Of a DNA stretch of 57,728 nt, positions 36,601-47,500 are shown one piece after another. The notes beneath the pieces were generated by a model, which was given only the letters and a program-made list of their open reading frames with translations, was not told the DNA's origin and made no database searches. Every line of letters starts with the position of its first letter. Position 1 is the first letter of the stretch. Source of the stretch: a virus (taxonomy: Duplodnaviria; Caudoviricetes); IMG/VR virus record IMGVR_UViG_3300030430_005103, positions 1 to 57,728 of that record. One strand, given 5' to 3'. The position numbers and the translations under genes were made by a program.

Positions 36601-39600
36601 AAACAACATTTCCAATAAACAGTTTACTGGTCTTGGTTTTGAATTTGCTGCTAATAGCACTGATGTTATATTTAAAGATGATTTTATTACTTCTAAGCAA
36701 AATTTACCAGAGACGATAAGTAACGAAGACACTGTTAAAGTGCTAACTAATGATGATATATATTATTATAGAGATATTCGACCAACGTTTTTTGACTTAT
36801 ATATAGAAAAGAGTCCATATCAAAACATTTCTGAGGAGATGTTAAAATTTATGTCAACGGTGGTTAGCTTTGCTGATCTTTTTGGTCGACCAATAGATAG
36901 ATATCGTAGTGAATATAAAGCACTTAACACATTAAGACAATTGTTCTTTGAAAGGATGGATACTCCAAATATTGAAAAATACATGGAGTACTTTAAGTGG
37001 TTTGACTTAGCGGTAACTGCAATGATTCAAAAACTAGCTCCAATGTCTTCTGGGTTAGATGAAAGGCCGCTAAGAAATATTATCGAATCTCATATTTTAG
37101 AGAGAAACAAATACGAGTCAAAATTTCCAACTTATGAGTTTAAGCAAAGTGACCCAGAGGGTTCTCTGTTTGGTATTAGTGAACTTACGTATCCATGGAA
37201 AGAGGGTCACGCCCCAGTAGGGGTTACAGTTGATGATGAACACCAAGATGATAACTGTGTTTGGTTTAAAGAGAGGGTAGAAAGAGGCACTGTTGTAACC
37301 AGTGGAGATTCAGCTGTTGATTCTGATAGACAAGAAATACTTAATGTTATCAACAATCAAAGTAACGCGACACTTCCAAACCTAAGTGGGTCAAGTGGAA
37401 CATATCAAGGATCTACATATGCTTTGCGCAGGTTTGCCCGACCTTATAAGGCCACTGCGCAAAATCAACCCCAAATACATGGCGGTGGTAATGGATATCA
37501 AAATAAGAAAGTTGGTTTTTGGGATTCAATTAGAAAGCGACCCACACCATCCTTACCCGGTGAAGGCGGCCTAATCTCAATTGAACCACCTGATTCAAAT
37601 CTTGAATCCTTTAAAAAGTGCGAGGACAACTTAGAATTAAATAAGGGCAAAAGAAAGTTTAAATTCTCTGCCGGGGTAGCTATTGACGGTGAAGAAAACT
37701 TTAGTGAGATATTTAAAGGTGATCTGGTATTTCCATTTAGTTTTTATAGTTCCTCAGTCACAAGCAATCCGGCCATGGCCGATCTAGCTGATTTTCAAGC
37801 AAATCTAGCTATAACCAACCTACATCACGACAGTTACGGTCCCTTTAAAGACGTTCCAATGCAGGGGCCATTTACAGAAAAATATGTAGGCGGCCGCTCA
37901 TATCGTCATGTAATGACAAACTTTACAGTAGACAATGAGCAGCCTGAAGGTGAAGGTGAAAGATTAGAGGGCTGGCGCCTGACTGCTTCAGCTGATGCTC
38001 TGGATTTGGTTAATGTTTCTCCGCATAATCCAAAATCTGTTTATTTCAGAGAGGAGTACGCAAAGCGACCGGTAAACATTAAAAATATTCAGCAAACAAC
38101 GGGCGCTGCTGAAATAGACTCAGAAACTTCATTCGCTCAAGGCACCGACGCAGCCGCAGTAACAAAGATAGGAAATTACACAAATACTTACGAAATTGTA
38201 ATGACTAATGGTCGTTCAATGAATAATCGCTATTTGGCAGAATCTGATGGACTCTTACCCACTAGCGGCACTGAGTCAACTACGGTTTCTGATATTGTTG
38301 ATTTTACGTTGCCTCGCCGTGACTTAACTGGATCTAACAAGTCGATCATTGTAAATCGTTTCTCAGCTCCAGGTGATCCCTCTACGATGGCCGAAGGTAT
38401 GCTAGATGTAGCTGCCGCAGAATTTAGTGTTTACAATGCGCTGCCTTTTAGAAATTTGTCTGTGCGACAACCCTTACAAGAGCTTTTAACTGATCACACA
38501 AATCAGTTTGGATTATTTAGTGACGCAAGAACTGTAGCAGACTTTGCCTTGTATAATGAATTTCATGATAGACAAGAAGCTTACCCTGGCGGTTCTTCCT
38601 CTATCCACGATCCAGATGATGGAAGTGGAGCCTCTTATCAAGGCACAGGCTCATTTCATAAAGTTAATAGAAACGCAAGAAAACAAATATTGTTTAGTGG
38701 ATCGACTGATGTTGCTGATGACAATTATTTAACAGTTACAAAAAATGATAATTTCTTTGTCCAGCACCAGATACCACAGACAGATGTGCAATATGCTTGG
38801 ATTACAGCGAGTCTAGTCAACAACTACACTGGTTCTGCGCTTTATGGATTTGAACAACCAGATTTTAGTAACGCTAGTCTTGCGTCTACCGATTTGACTT
38901 TTATTGAAAAAGGGGATCATGTTGCATACACTCGACGGTTTCAAGGTACATCTGAGACTTTCCCCAATAAGATACTGCTCTGGGGGGCCGATGAAAATTT
39001 CCTTCCAGCTACGGCATCCTTTGGTATACAAACGGCTCTTCGTGAGTCTACATACTTTGTTGACTTTGTTGGATTAAATTCCATTATTAATGAGCCAGTT
39101 TCTTCTAGTGAAAACACTTTAGGGTATCCAAGTCTCACTTTTACTCCCGTTGAAGATCTTGGCGTAGGCGATGAGTACCTTAGAGGAAATTTTAACTATA
39201 TCAATCCGGATACCATTGACGGGCGGTTCGTGGGCGGCGCCTGGATCGAGGGATTCATGATGGGAGGCGTCTTTCGAGTTGCTGGCGGACCTGCCCTGTT
39301 AAATGCGATTAATTTAAATAGAAATGGTCCATATGGTGGGGCTAACTGGAAACTTCATAGAAAGAGTGGCCACCCTGTGGTACGCACTCACAGAAAAGAA
39401 AATAGGTTGAGCTTCTTAAACTTCTCTCAAGTGGTTGGAAGTAATGGTCAAACAAATACTTTAACATCAATAGATTCTGTTATTGAGCCGCCCATAACGA
39501 GTAAATATAAGCAGTTAACCCATCTCGTCACTTATAGCCCCGCTCCCATTACAGTCGATAACCCGGGCGAATTAGTTAAAATTAATCACTCGTATATGAA

Positions 39601-42600
39601 CAATATTCGCTTCTTTACTGATCACGAAATTGATGATATTGACTTGGATGATAAGCTTTTGTCACCGAAGAGAAATATAAAAACAGAACAGCAAACGTTA
39701 GACATAATAAACTACTACCTGTTTAAGACAGATCATTTTGAAGGCGTTGACAAACTGAATCCAATAAAAGATTTACAAAGTTATATAACCAGAGAAACAG
39801 TCTATCCAAGAGAACAGTTCACTTATCTATCAAAAGTAAGACAAAGAGAAAATTATCAAAATGGCTTCTGGAGAGATAGTCGTGAAGAGAGGCATAATAG
39901 TGGAGTAAGCACTGTGGTCCGCCCCACGGATGGGTTTCCGAACCAAGCATCATCACCATTTTTAGGAACATTTACCACGCAGCTCGCCTCGCTCCCTACT
40001 TCGGAGCCTTTTGTCGATGGAGGTTCTTTAACAGCTAGTATTTGGCCTTTAGACGCTAGAAATGATTTTGTGACAAATTCTCCTGGTAGGATTAAAATTG
40101 ACACTGGGGAAGGTGATTTCAACTATATACCAAACTCCGACGTTTTGTACATACTTCGACCACCAGTATCTGCCTCTAGTGACGCGGCAGGTATTTTACA
40201 AAATAGTGTTTATCCATATTCAGTATATACTGCTGTAACCGGCGGCCTTTTTTCTGTCACTGGCAGCGGTGGCTCTAGTTTCTTTTCTTTTTTTGGTGAG
40301 CCAAATCCACCTCCACCGGACTTTCAGTATATTACTGGAATGCATTTGCTGCCTCAATACAATAGAAGAGTGGCCGCTATAATTCCAACTGATCCGGATC
40401 ATGAATATAAATTTGGTGACACTAAATGGGAAGCCGGAGAACAGTCGGGACTGGCTCCATTTTATGATACTTATGATGAATATGTTGATGATATTAAAAG
40501 AATTGCTAAAGATCACAGTTTGATTCCTGAATTTAGAATATCTGAGCACATGGACTATTATCTCAATGAAGCTCCTGAAGGCTTTTTAACAAAACCTGTT
40601 GAAGATAAATTAGGCTCGAAGGATTTTCTAGAAATAACAGGCGCCGCAATACAAGGAAGTGGTACTGGTAGCTTTGCTAGCACGTACTCCCATACAGACT
40701 TCTTAAAAACATTTTCAATTGTAAGTGATTTTTACGGAGATAAATCAACACCATCTAGAATAACACTATCCGCAGATGCGGTGTTAAAGTTTTTACCTTA
40801 TGATGGTTTTTATCCAGCAGATCGAACAGTTCAGGTAGCTAAACTTTTTTGGGAAAGTTATTCCTCCAGTTTTGCAATTGAGGGCAATTTAATAGCCGGC
40901 TTCGACGCAACACCGAGTAAACTTGATGTTGGAGATCTGATTAACCCAGCGGTAGCCGGCGCCATTAACCCAGTTTGGAAACCCTTATTTGCTCCTGGTA
41001 TACTTTATAATAGTATTAAATCTGGAATCGCAGTCGATTATCCGGTACATACCGGTTCTGCTATAGACGTGGCTTTTACTGGTGCGCCAAACCAAAGAAT
41101 ATCAGCCTCTTATTTAATAGATGTTCCTAGAATCACCACGGATTTTAACTATAGAGTCCCTTTTGAAGCCTTATTGGACCCTGAAGGCGAATTTGGAAAC
41201 AAGCTTTTTGTAGATAATGAACCGCACCCCTCTGCTAGTCTAAATATATCAGCATCATTAGCAGGAGCAGGAAAAGACAATTACAAACTAGCTATGAATA
41301 ATTTTTTAGCGTCAACCATTGACTTTTTCTTACCAGATGGGCAGATGTCAACGATTTCTTCAAAGTTTAGTGATACAGACGGTAATTTCGCCTCACAGTT
41401 TGATCCGGACACCAAAGCACAGGGGTTTCAAGTAGGTAAAGAGTATAGGATGAGATTAGTTTGTTTTAATGGTAGAATACAAAGTAAAAAAGAGTATGAT
41501 GACTTACTTGGAGATTTAATAGCATCTTCTGCCGGTGCCACTCGCTACTATTTCTCTGCCTCTTATGATTTAAATCCGCCAACTTGTGTTATGTACGCTC
41601 AAACTGGAGCCATTGCCGGCGACCATAATAAAGTAGCTGACTACTATGGATCATCTTTTGGACCTCCTGTTGCAAGTATTCACTTGGCGCAAAACACTAG
41701 CAATTCACGAGCTGCTGCAATCCCTAGTGGTAGAAGAAATTACGGAAGCGCGTCCTTTGAACCGTTTACGCCGCCTTATTACAATGGATATTCTCATATA
41801 GAATATATTTTTAGGCCACAAGTTGATTCTGATTTCCACAGTTTGCCAATTATATTAGATCAATTAACTCAATCTTATGAAAGATCAATGCTAGGTGAAG
41901 CTGGTTTCCCGTGTGAACCAGGATCTTTTGTTGTGCCCGTTGCCGGCGCCGCATCTACGGCAACTAAAAACGCCATGGTTATGACCGCTAGTTTCGATCT
42001 CTCTTTAAGCAAGCAGTTTTCAGTAACTACTGATGCTGATGGCAACCCGCTGGAAGTTGATCAAGATGCAAACAAAACTGGTTTTGCCTTGACTTTCCAA
42101 CCAAAATGGGAAACGCCGATATTGGACTTTAAGAATGCGAACGTTACACTTCCAACAATTGGATCTGCTTCGGTTGCTCAAGGCATGTGGCATCAATATG
42201 GCGTCAAACCCAAGGGGAAAGACGGAATTTATTTCCAAATACAAGATCTAGACTCGGCCGAGAAAGCAACACCATCGATGACTGGCTCTCTGGCTTTACA
42301 GCTTGGCCTTCCAACAACAAAAGTTAAGCTTGGTCGAGTGGCTCCCGTGAAGAAAATATCTGAGGCGATAGTCGCTATTCCTCATTATATTAATGAAAAC
42401 AATGAAGTATCAAAGTTTCCGATACCGTTGGGTTTTATAAACACAGCAAAAGAAATTGTTAAAAAACAAAACAAAGGTGTTAATACATCAGTGGAAAGCA
42501 ACTTTAGCCCTGATAAGTCTATTGTGGACATGGTAGATAAAATGCAGAGATTTGTTATCCCTCCGCATCTTGACTTTGTGACAAATGACTCAATAAAGCC

Positions 42601-43378
42601 ATTTGCGATGTTTATTTTTGAATTTAGTCATGATTTGAGCGAAACTGATTTAAGTAATATTTGGCAAAATTTAAGTCCAAATATAGCAAGAAAAGCTAAA
42701 ACAGCAAAAGCTACTTTACCGGTTGATATTCTTCCGTCCGCGCCCGGTGAAGATTTCGGTGGGCCTCCTCGCTCGATCATGAATAGATTTCCAGCAAGCA
42801 CCCGCTGGGTTGTTTTTAAAGTAAAACAAAAATCAGCAACGAACTATTTTGAAAAAACTGCTAATTCGGTTGACGATGATAAATTTAAATTTAATTTTAA
42901 GTTTAATGAAAATGAAAAAATAGTTCCATCCTTTAGCTACAATTGGCCATACGACTTTTTTAGTTTAATTGAATTAGGAAAAATAGATGCCAATGTAGAA
43001 AACAAACGCACTGAACCGATTAAACAACCAGGCGGTTATGAAGTAGCCGAGGGCACTGGGGTTATTGAGGCTAAAACAGACTTAGTTAACATACCAGAAA
43101 TTGCACCAGAACCACCTCCAATTGATGAGGCAGATGAGCCCGAAACCAGTCCACAACCCACAGTCTCACCGCAGAGCCAGATCGCAGCAGCCGCACAAGG
43201 CATCGGATCTGCGGGGAGTTCACAAGGCAACGCAGGCGCCGCCCTTCCAGCTGCGCCGGCCAATGAAAACACCGGTGGCGGTTCTGGAACTCAATTTGGT
43301 CTTCCAGAAACGACAACGGAGCTTGATACTGGACCAGGAAACTTCACGCCTCCAGGTGGAGGATATTTTGGCGGCTAA
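33659..43378 (+). CDS. Giant baseplate/tail-associated protein with LamG (concanavalin-like) domains (3239 aa)
   Basis: TVEFWLK, DDNWHHYSL, LFVDGK, GSLDEFRFW, LYYKFNEG; KSKGTEKSLRNL wedge-like motif; Pro/Ala/Gly-rich tail. Confidence 0.75.
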   Translation: MSLKDLFKEQNYKYLGGTAVNSLTSSGVESAEFIEKFIEDRDRFVPLIDYSKPANFARFGSAEKYYYDSIKRTYETYPYDGSKKEKILWELSSSNLDLYLFENGYPRTTGYAVFSNTSVTATATSTNYSIWGSYGAAGTGTYEYVSFNGGPHPGQGNKIYIDPDTGEAHYRKNANIYDLSKNRECNLKIGGNDGNTVEFWLKKAAFDTDATQTEVIFDIFTTSSISSSADYGRLTVEMSGHGADTNTLSPFYVTYMSGTNGISKQNIGASLTTASIADDNWHHYSLRFKNTDSNVSVDLFVDGKFNHNVTTGTTVDYVSGTIVGTIGALATNPSGTTIQPQAAKGWGKLSGSLDEFRFWKVWRNSSQIQTRWFDQVGGGTNTDEANTHLGLYYKFNEGITEKIETDSKVLDYSGRISNGSWVGYSSVYSRETGSAINESGLTSYTATEFQDPILYSFHPQVFSFMEEKRKEGKEYDYTNPSTIYYSLPSWILEEHETSKSDGDGIISNSLWNLTQIISSYFDNVSNMMDSVPQLSQTDYFSGSFKPTPFMSRILESKGFIAPEIFNAIEALEYFENRDNNSIYTEKISNVKNIIYKNIYNNLTFINKSKGTEKSLRNLIRCFGIDDQIYKLNYYANSVDFILEDNHRSISSKLKLINFNTINNSNASVYQYSSSLNPNSRTFISASKNFDPASSVETGLPFSVEANVVFPIRVDESKYNTLAQGATSRTYNYPLFITSSLFGMHTAIDTEPESTTWNSNDYANFVVKAIKSKTFSNKAKFVLTGTLGGFIPELSSSYVDEVYNDSNWSFLVSLYSKAYPNATQVDGTSTSDYVVQFTGIQKVLEQTINEFTVTGTITANEATKFLASPKRTFVGAHRTNFTGALLQQSDIKVNNFRVWQNKLTKEDLSLHASDPTNYSIKNPEQNAFLFNESLNEVFIPNKETLLLHWDFSTVTGSDSAGNFIVEDLTSGSNDQISRYGYLNNISNKQFTGLGFEFAANSTDVIFKDDFITSKQNLPETISNEDTVKVLTNDDIYYYRDIRPTFFDLYIEKSPYQNISEEMLKFMSTVVSFADLFGRPIDRYRSEYKALNTLRQLFFERMDTPNIEKYMEYFKWFDLAVTAMIQKLAPMSSGLDERPLRNIIESHILERNKYESKFPTYEFKQSDPEGSLFGISELTYPWKEGHAPVGVTVDDEHQDDNCVWFKERVERGTVVTSGDSAVDSDRQEILNVINNQSNATLPNLSGSSGTYQGSTYALRRFARPYKATAQNQPQIHGGGNGYQNKKVGFWDSIRKRPTPSLPGEGGLISIEPPDSNLESFKKCEDNLELNKGKRKFKFSAGVAIDGEENFSEIFKGDLVFPFSFYSSSVTSNPAMADLADFQANLAITNLHHDSYGPFKDVPMQGPFTEKYVGGRSYRHVMTNFTVDNEQPEGEGERLEGWRLTASADALDLVNVSPHNPKSVYFREEYAKRPVNIKNIQQTTGAAEIDSETSFAQGTDAAAVTKIGNYTNTYEIVMTNGRSMNNRYLAESDGLLPTSGTESTTVSDIVDFTLPRRDLTGSNKSIIVNRFSAPGDPSTMAEGMLDVAAAEFSVYNALPFRNLSVRQPLQELLTDHTNQFGLFSDARTVADFALYNEFHDRQEAYPGGSSSIHDPDDGSGASYQGTGSFHKVNRNARKQILFSGSTDVADDNYLTVTKNDNFFVQHQIPQTDVQYAWITASLVNNYTGSALYGFEQPDFSNASLASTDLTFIEKGDHVAYTRRFQGTSETFPNKILLWGADENFLPATASFGIQTALRESTYFVDFVGLNSIINEPVSSSENTLGYPSLTFTPVEDLGVGDEYLRGNFNYINPDTIDGRFVGGAWIEGFMMGGVFRVAGGPALLNAINLNRNGPYGGANWKLHRKSGHPVVRTHRKENRLSFLNFSQVVGSNGQTNTLTSIDSVIEPPITSKYKQLTHLVTYSPAPITVDNPGELVKINHSYMNNIRFFTDHEIDDIDLDDKLLSPKRNIKTEQQTLDIINYYLFKTDHFEGVDKLNPIKDLQSYITRETVYPREQFTYLSKVRQRENYQNGFWRDSREERHNSGVSTVVRPTDGFPNQASSPFLGTFTTQLASLPTSEPFVDGGSLTASIWPLDARNDFVTNSPGRIKIDTGEGDFNYIPNSDVLYILRPPVSASSDAAGILQNSVYPYSVYTAVTGGLFSVTGSGGSSFFSFFGEPNPPPPDFQYITGMHLLPQYNRRVAAIIPTDPDHEYKFGDTKWEAGEQSGLAPFYDTYDEYVDDIKRIAKDHSLIPEFRISEHMDYYLNEAPEGFLTKPVEDKLGSKDFLEITGAAIQGSGTGSFASTYSHTDFLKTFSIVSDFYGDKSTPSRITLSADAVLKFLPYDGFYPADRTVQVAKLFWESYSSSFAIEGNLIAGFDATPSKLDVGDLINPAVAGAINPVWKPLFAPGILYNSIKSGIAVDYPVHTGSAIDVAFTGAPNQRISASYLIDVPRITTDFNYRVPFEALLDPEGEFGNKLFVDNEPHPSASLNISASLAGAGKDNYKLAMNNFLASTIDFFLPDGQMSTISSKFSDTDGNFASQFDPDTKAQGFQVGKEYRMRLVCFNGRIQSKKEYDDLLGDLIASSAGATRYYFSASYDLNPPTCVMYAQTGAIAGDHNKVADYYGSSFGPPVASIHLAQNTSNSRAAAIPSGRRNYGSASFEPFTPPYYNGYSHIEYIFRPQVDSDFHSLPIILDQLTQSYERSMLGEAGFPCEPGSFVVPVAGAASTATKNAMVMTASFDLSLSKQFSVTTDADGNPLEVDQDANKTGFALTFQPKWETPILDFKNANVTLPTIGSASVAQGMWHQYGVKPKGKDGIYFQIQDLDSAEKATPSMTGSLALQLGLPTTKVKLGRVAPVKKISEAIVAIPHYINENNEVSKFPIPLGFINTAKEIVKKQNKGVNTSVESNFSPDKSIVDMVDKMQRFVIPPHLDFVTNDSIKPFAMFIFEFSHDLSETDLSNIWQNLSPNIARKAKTAKATLPVDILPSAPGEDFGGPPRSIMNRFPASTRWVVFKVKQKSATNYFEKTANSVDDDKFKFNFKFNENEKIVPSFSYNWPYDFFSLIELGKIDANVENKRTEPIKQPGGYEVAEGTGVIEAKTDLVNIPEIAPEPPPIDEADEPETSPQPTVSPQSQIAAAAQGIGSAGSSQGNAGAALPAAPANENTGGGSGTQFGLPETTTELDTGPGNFTPPGGGYFGG

Positions 43379-43415
43379 TCGCGAACCATGGCAGAGGAGG
43401 TTCTAATTATTAATA

Positions 43416-44546
43416 ATGAGCTATTTAGACCCAAAAGAACAAGTACTTGACCTGCAGCTTACACCATATGGTGAATTCTTGTTATCTGTAGGCAAATTAG
43501 ATCCAAAGTTTTACGCTTTTTTTGATCAAGACGTTATATATAATTCTGCCTTTGCGAACAACTCAAGTGAAGATCAAAATGATATTCAAGAAAGAATTTT
43601 AAATGAGACTCCAAGAATGGCCGCACAAAAATCACTTTCAGGACGAGAGGAAGATTATATTAATAAAAGATTTCCTCTTAGCAATCTTATGGATGATAAC
43701 ATGAAATTTTTGCAAGATGTATTTAATCCTGAATCTTTTAATTCTGCTAATTATACATTAGCCTCTGGTCTGACTGAGGTGGATATTTTAAATGTTATAG
43801 GGTCAACACCTGAACCTATGCAAGAAGCTTTAAAGCTGCAGCCTATGGGCAAATATGACTCCTCAAAGGGCTTCGCCCCAGCTTGGAATGTAAGTTTCTT
43901 AAAAACAGAGCTTTCATCATCTACAGATAGCCTGTCTATCTCTGGGTCAAAAGGCACTTTGGAATATAACATACCTCAATTAAACGCCAGCTTAGAATAT
44001 AAAATAAAAAGAAACTCAAAAGCTTATAATATTATAAATGAACCAGAAAACCTAGTCGGAGAAGTTGACCCTACAATCGCACCATCTAAAATTAATACGG
44101 TTGATAGAATAGATTTTATACAGTTCGAAAACGGAGGTTCAATTGAAACTTTACAAGATTTTTTAGTGATTAGACTAGAAGAGTCAAACACTTTCTTTGA
44201 AAAAGAAAACTTTGAAGTTGAAATGTTTGAATCTTCAACAGATCTGATCACTGGTAAAGAAGTGCTAATAAAAAAACCATTTTACAAAAACAAAGATGTA
44301 TTTTTAGAGGATGTTATCAAAGGATATGTGGCTCCTAACTCTGTAGAAAACTTTTTTGATATTGCTGTCGATAAAGAAATTGATCCAGAGGTAATTTGCC
44401 CATTAATTGGCATCGACAAAACAAAGCAATTTTATATAGCTAAGATGTTTGATTGCGAAGATGAGCCAATCATAAGCATTGATGATAATCAATTCAAACA
44501 AAATATATACTATGAAGATGATGATACAAAGGATGTTTGTGAATAA
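43416..44546 (+). CDS. Virion structural protein
   Basis: N-terminal LDLQLTPYG...YAFFDQDVIY resembles the N-terminus of 51793; structural context. Confidence 0.6.
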   Translation: MSYLDPKEQVLDLQLTPYGEFLLSVGKLDPKFYAFFDQDVIYNSAFANNSSEDQNDIQERILNETPRMAAQKSLSGREEDYINKRFPLSNLMDDNMKFLQDVFNPESFNSANYTLASGLTEVDILNVIGSTPEPMQEALKLQPMGKYDSSKGFAPAWNVSFLKTELSSSTDSLSISGSKGTLEYNIPQLNASLEYKIKRNSKAYNIINEPENLVGEVDPTIAPSKINTVDRIDFIQFENGGSIETLQDFLVIRLEESNTFFEKENFEVEMFESSTDLITGKEVLIKKPFYKNKDVFLEDVIKGYVAPNSVENFFDIAVDKEIDPEVICPLIGIDKTKQFYIAKMFDCEDEPIISIDDNQFKQNIYYEDDDTKDVCE

Positions 44547-47500
44547 TGATATCTAAAAAAAGTTTTACAGAGAGGTTGCTGCCAAATGTTTTTGTAAAAA
44601 GCGTTACTCTAGATAGTGAGCTTAAGCCCGGTGGCTATAACAATGCAAACAAAAAGTTTAGTGCTTATGGAATCGCTCCAACTGATTCAAACCTTCAGTT
44701 CACTGGCATGGTCCCTGATGATACAATGATGAGCACAGTTGTTTTATCTTCAAAGTTTATAGAAAGCAGTACCTTCAAGGATGATATCACACAGCTTCTT
44801 GAATCAAACTCCAGTACATCTTTCGTAACTTACGTGCATCAAATTACCTCGCGAGAAGTTTACGAAGACTTTTTGGAAACGCTTTATACCCCAACGCTTT
44901 TATATCAGTCGGAAGGATTATTAACCGACTTCGCAGCTAAAGTTCTTGGGACTGTTTATGAAAATTCGCTGGATGACGGGATAGTAACACAAATGCGGCA
45001 GTTTGGTGAAGTTTACGACACTATTAATCAGGGCGAAACTGTAGGGTCAGGTACCCAGATACTGCCTAAACAAATTTTAAGCGACGGCACAGTAATAAAT
45101 GAGCTAATTACAGAGTTTGTTTTTGAGGGTATTCCAAAAAATGTTGATTTTTTAGCATATATTAGTTTCACTGCGATACAAATTACTATGCATTTGAGCG
45201 ACTATATTGATTCAGGTGCAGACTATGATGATTCTATGATGGATACATTGAGTGAAGTCTATGGGGGTTTTGCTCTTATATCAAGCGTATCTAAAGAAAT
45301 AGTATTACTAGATAAAAATTTACAAAATCAAGCTATTCAATTTAGGATAGCTGAATTTCCATCAAACGCCAATGTTTCAGCGCTATCTCAGTTTGGAAAC
45401 CCAGGAGAGGTTTGGGCCGGCGGCGTTCACATACACAATGGCAGATTTATGGCGGGTGGCTATCATTCAAACCAGCCGCATCCGTTTCTAGATTATTCAA
45501 TAGTAAAGAATTCTAGATTTGTTGATAATAGAATAAAACAAAAAGTACAACAAAATATCACCAACATTACCAAAACACTTGAGCACTTATACTCTTTTAT
45601 CTCTCCATATAAGAGTAGTGCGATCAATAAAAATCTGACTAAACAAAAAACAAAGTTTATAAGTGACTTGTATCTATCACAATCTCCAACGGGTGAAGTC
45701 TATGGGTCCTTTGTGGTTGATAAATCATCTGTGATATTAAACAAATCTCCTTTTTCTTTTTTACTCGACAACGCTAAGAGTTTAGATGAGTATTTCCCAG
45801 GGGCTAACCTTTATGATCAGGTAGCTGCTTTCTTTCTACCAGAGAACGCATTACTTAGATGTCAGGTTTATAAGGATGATGAGCTTTTAGGAACACTCGC
45901 CGGTTCTCAGCAACAAACCACAAGTCAATCGTCAGCGAAAGACACTTCGCTTGGTAATTCAAACACAATTAGTTTTACTCTAGTAAATGAACGCAATATT
46001 ATACTGCCTAAAAAAATAGATAATGGCTTCGCTGTTGAAAAAAATGACTATGATAAGTTTTCTTTTAGGCATGTAATGGCAGATCCTCTTTTAACAACTA
46101 ATAAATATTCCGTAGTTGTTGAATATTATGATTTTGGAAGCTCGTATGTTAAAGCAGCTCTGGAGGTATTAAACCTAATGAAAGGATATTTAAGCTATGT
46201 CTTAAAATATGCTAAAACCACACCCACAGATAATTCTTTTGTGGGTTTTGATAATACCACTGGAAACATAAAACAACAGACAATACAAAATTTAATAGAT
46301 AATGGCCTCGCTGTTGAAAAAGAAGATGGCGCCATATATCCAACTGGGTTCGACAGTTTGCCTTTTGATATATTGTTAATAATTCTATATAACCCAAAAA
46401 ACTTCTCGCGACGAGACTTCGGCGGAAATTTTATTGCTGAGTTCAGAAGCTATTTATTAAATTTAGCTGATTTGAGCACTACAAATATACAAAAATTATT
46501 AATATTGGATAACTTTTTGAATTTAATGATATCCAATCTAACAAATATCCTAGATACGTTTGGCGTAAAGCCAACAACTGTGTCAAATCCAAGTGATTAT
46601 TCTGAAGCAGTTACTACCTCTGTGAGCACCAGTCAACAAAAAATAATATCACTTAAATCAGATGTACAAGAAATAAAAATACATGATCACGGATATGATT
46701 TTACTGGCCTTATTGATTCAAATAGCGCAGCAGCAGATTACAAAGGCCGTCGCTCCACTGGTGGCAATATTGGACTTGTAGAAATAACAGTTGCAGATTA
46801 CGAGTTAGCAGTACAACAGTTAGCTAGGCAAGTTTTATCAATTCAACCCGATCAATCTTTTACCAATTCGATAGGCGGTACTTTTGAATGTATTAATATT
46901 ACCAAACAACAAACAATTTCAGATTCTTTATATTCTTACTTATGTGGACCAGGACTCGATATTGAAGCTTTCAAGTCATTTGTGCACCTACCTGGTATTA
47001 ATAAGGATTCTGAATATTTTACTCATCAAACAATTTTAACGGCCATATCTAAATTTAAATCAGAAATATTTGAAAGCCAAGGTGGTTATTACGCAACAAT
47101 CCCGGCGGACCTGAGCGAAATGTTAACGGCAGACTTGGTGGCCATTTTAAATAAAGATGGCACAAATTTATTTGATCTTACAACAGATCCAGAGTCAGCA
47201 TCATCCGAATCACCAAGCATTGTCCAAGAGGGGTTTCAAATTACTACAGTCTCAGAAGATTTTAGCGAAGAATTGCTTAATCCGTCAGATAATTCTAGTA
47301 ATTTTTTAGGTGATGTTAAGGGTAACAAGTTCAAGGTAGGCCCTGAATTTACTCTTCAAACAGTAGCGTCAAACATTAATAAAAATAAAATCAATCTCTT
47401 AACCGCTTTATTTTCTAGAAAAAGCATGACAAAACTAGGGCCGGGTGAATCTCTTAAATCATTTGTACTTCCTATGTCAAAAAACAATTTTGATCCTTTT

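Noticed and set aside
43101-43406. Overlapping +strand 101-aa ORF or frameshift extension of the 3239-aa gene
   Set aside because: Best explained as a shadow ORF of a GC-rich low-complexity tail; no SD or convincing slippery site.
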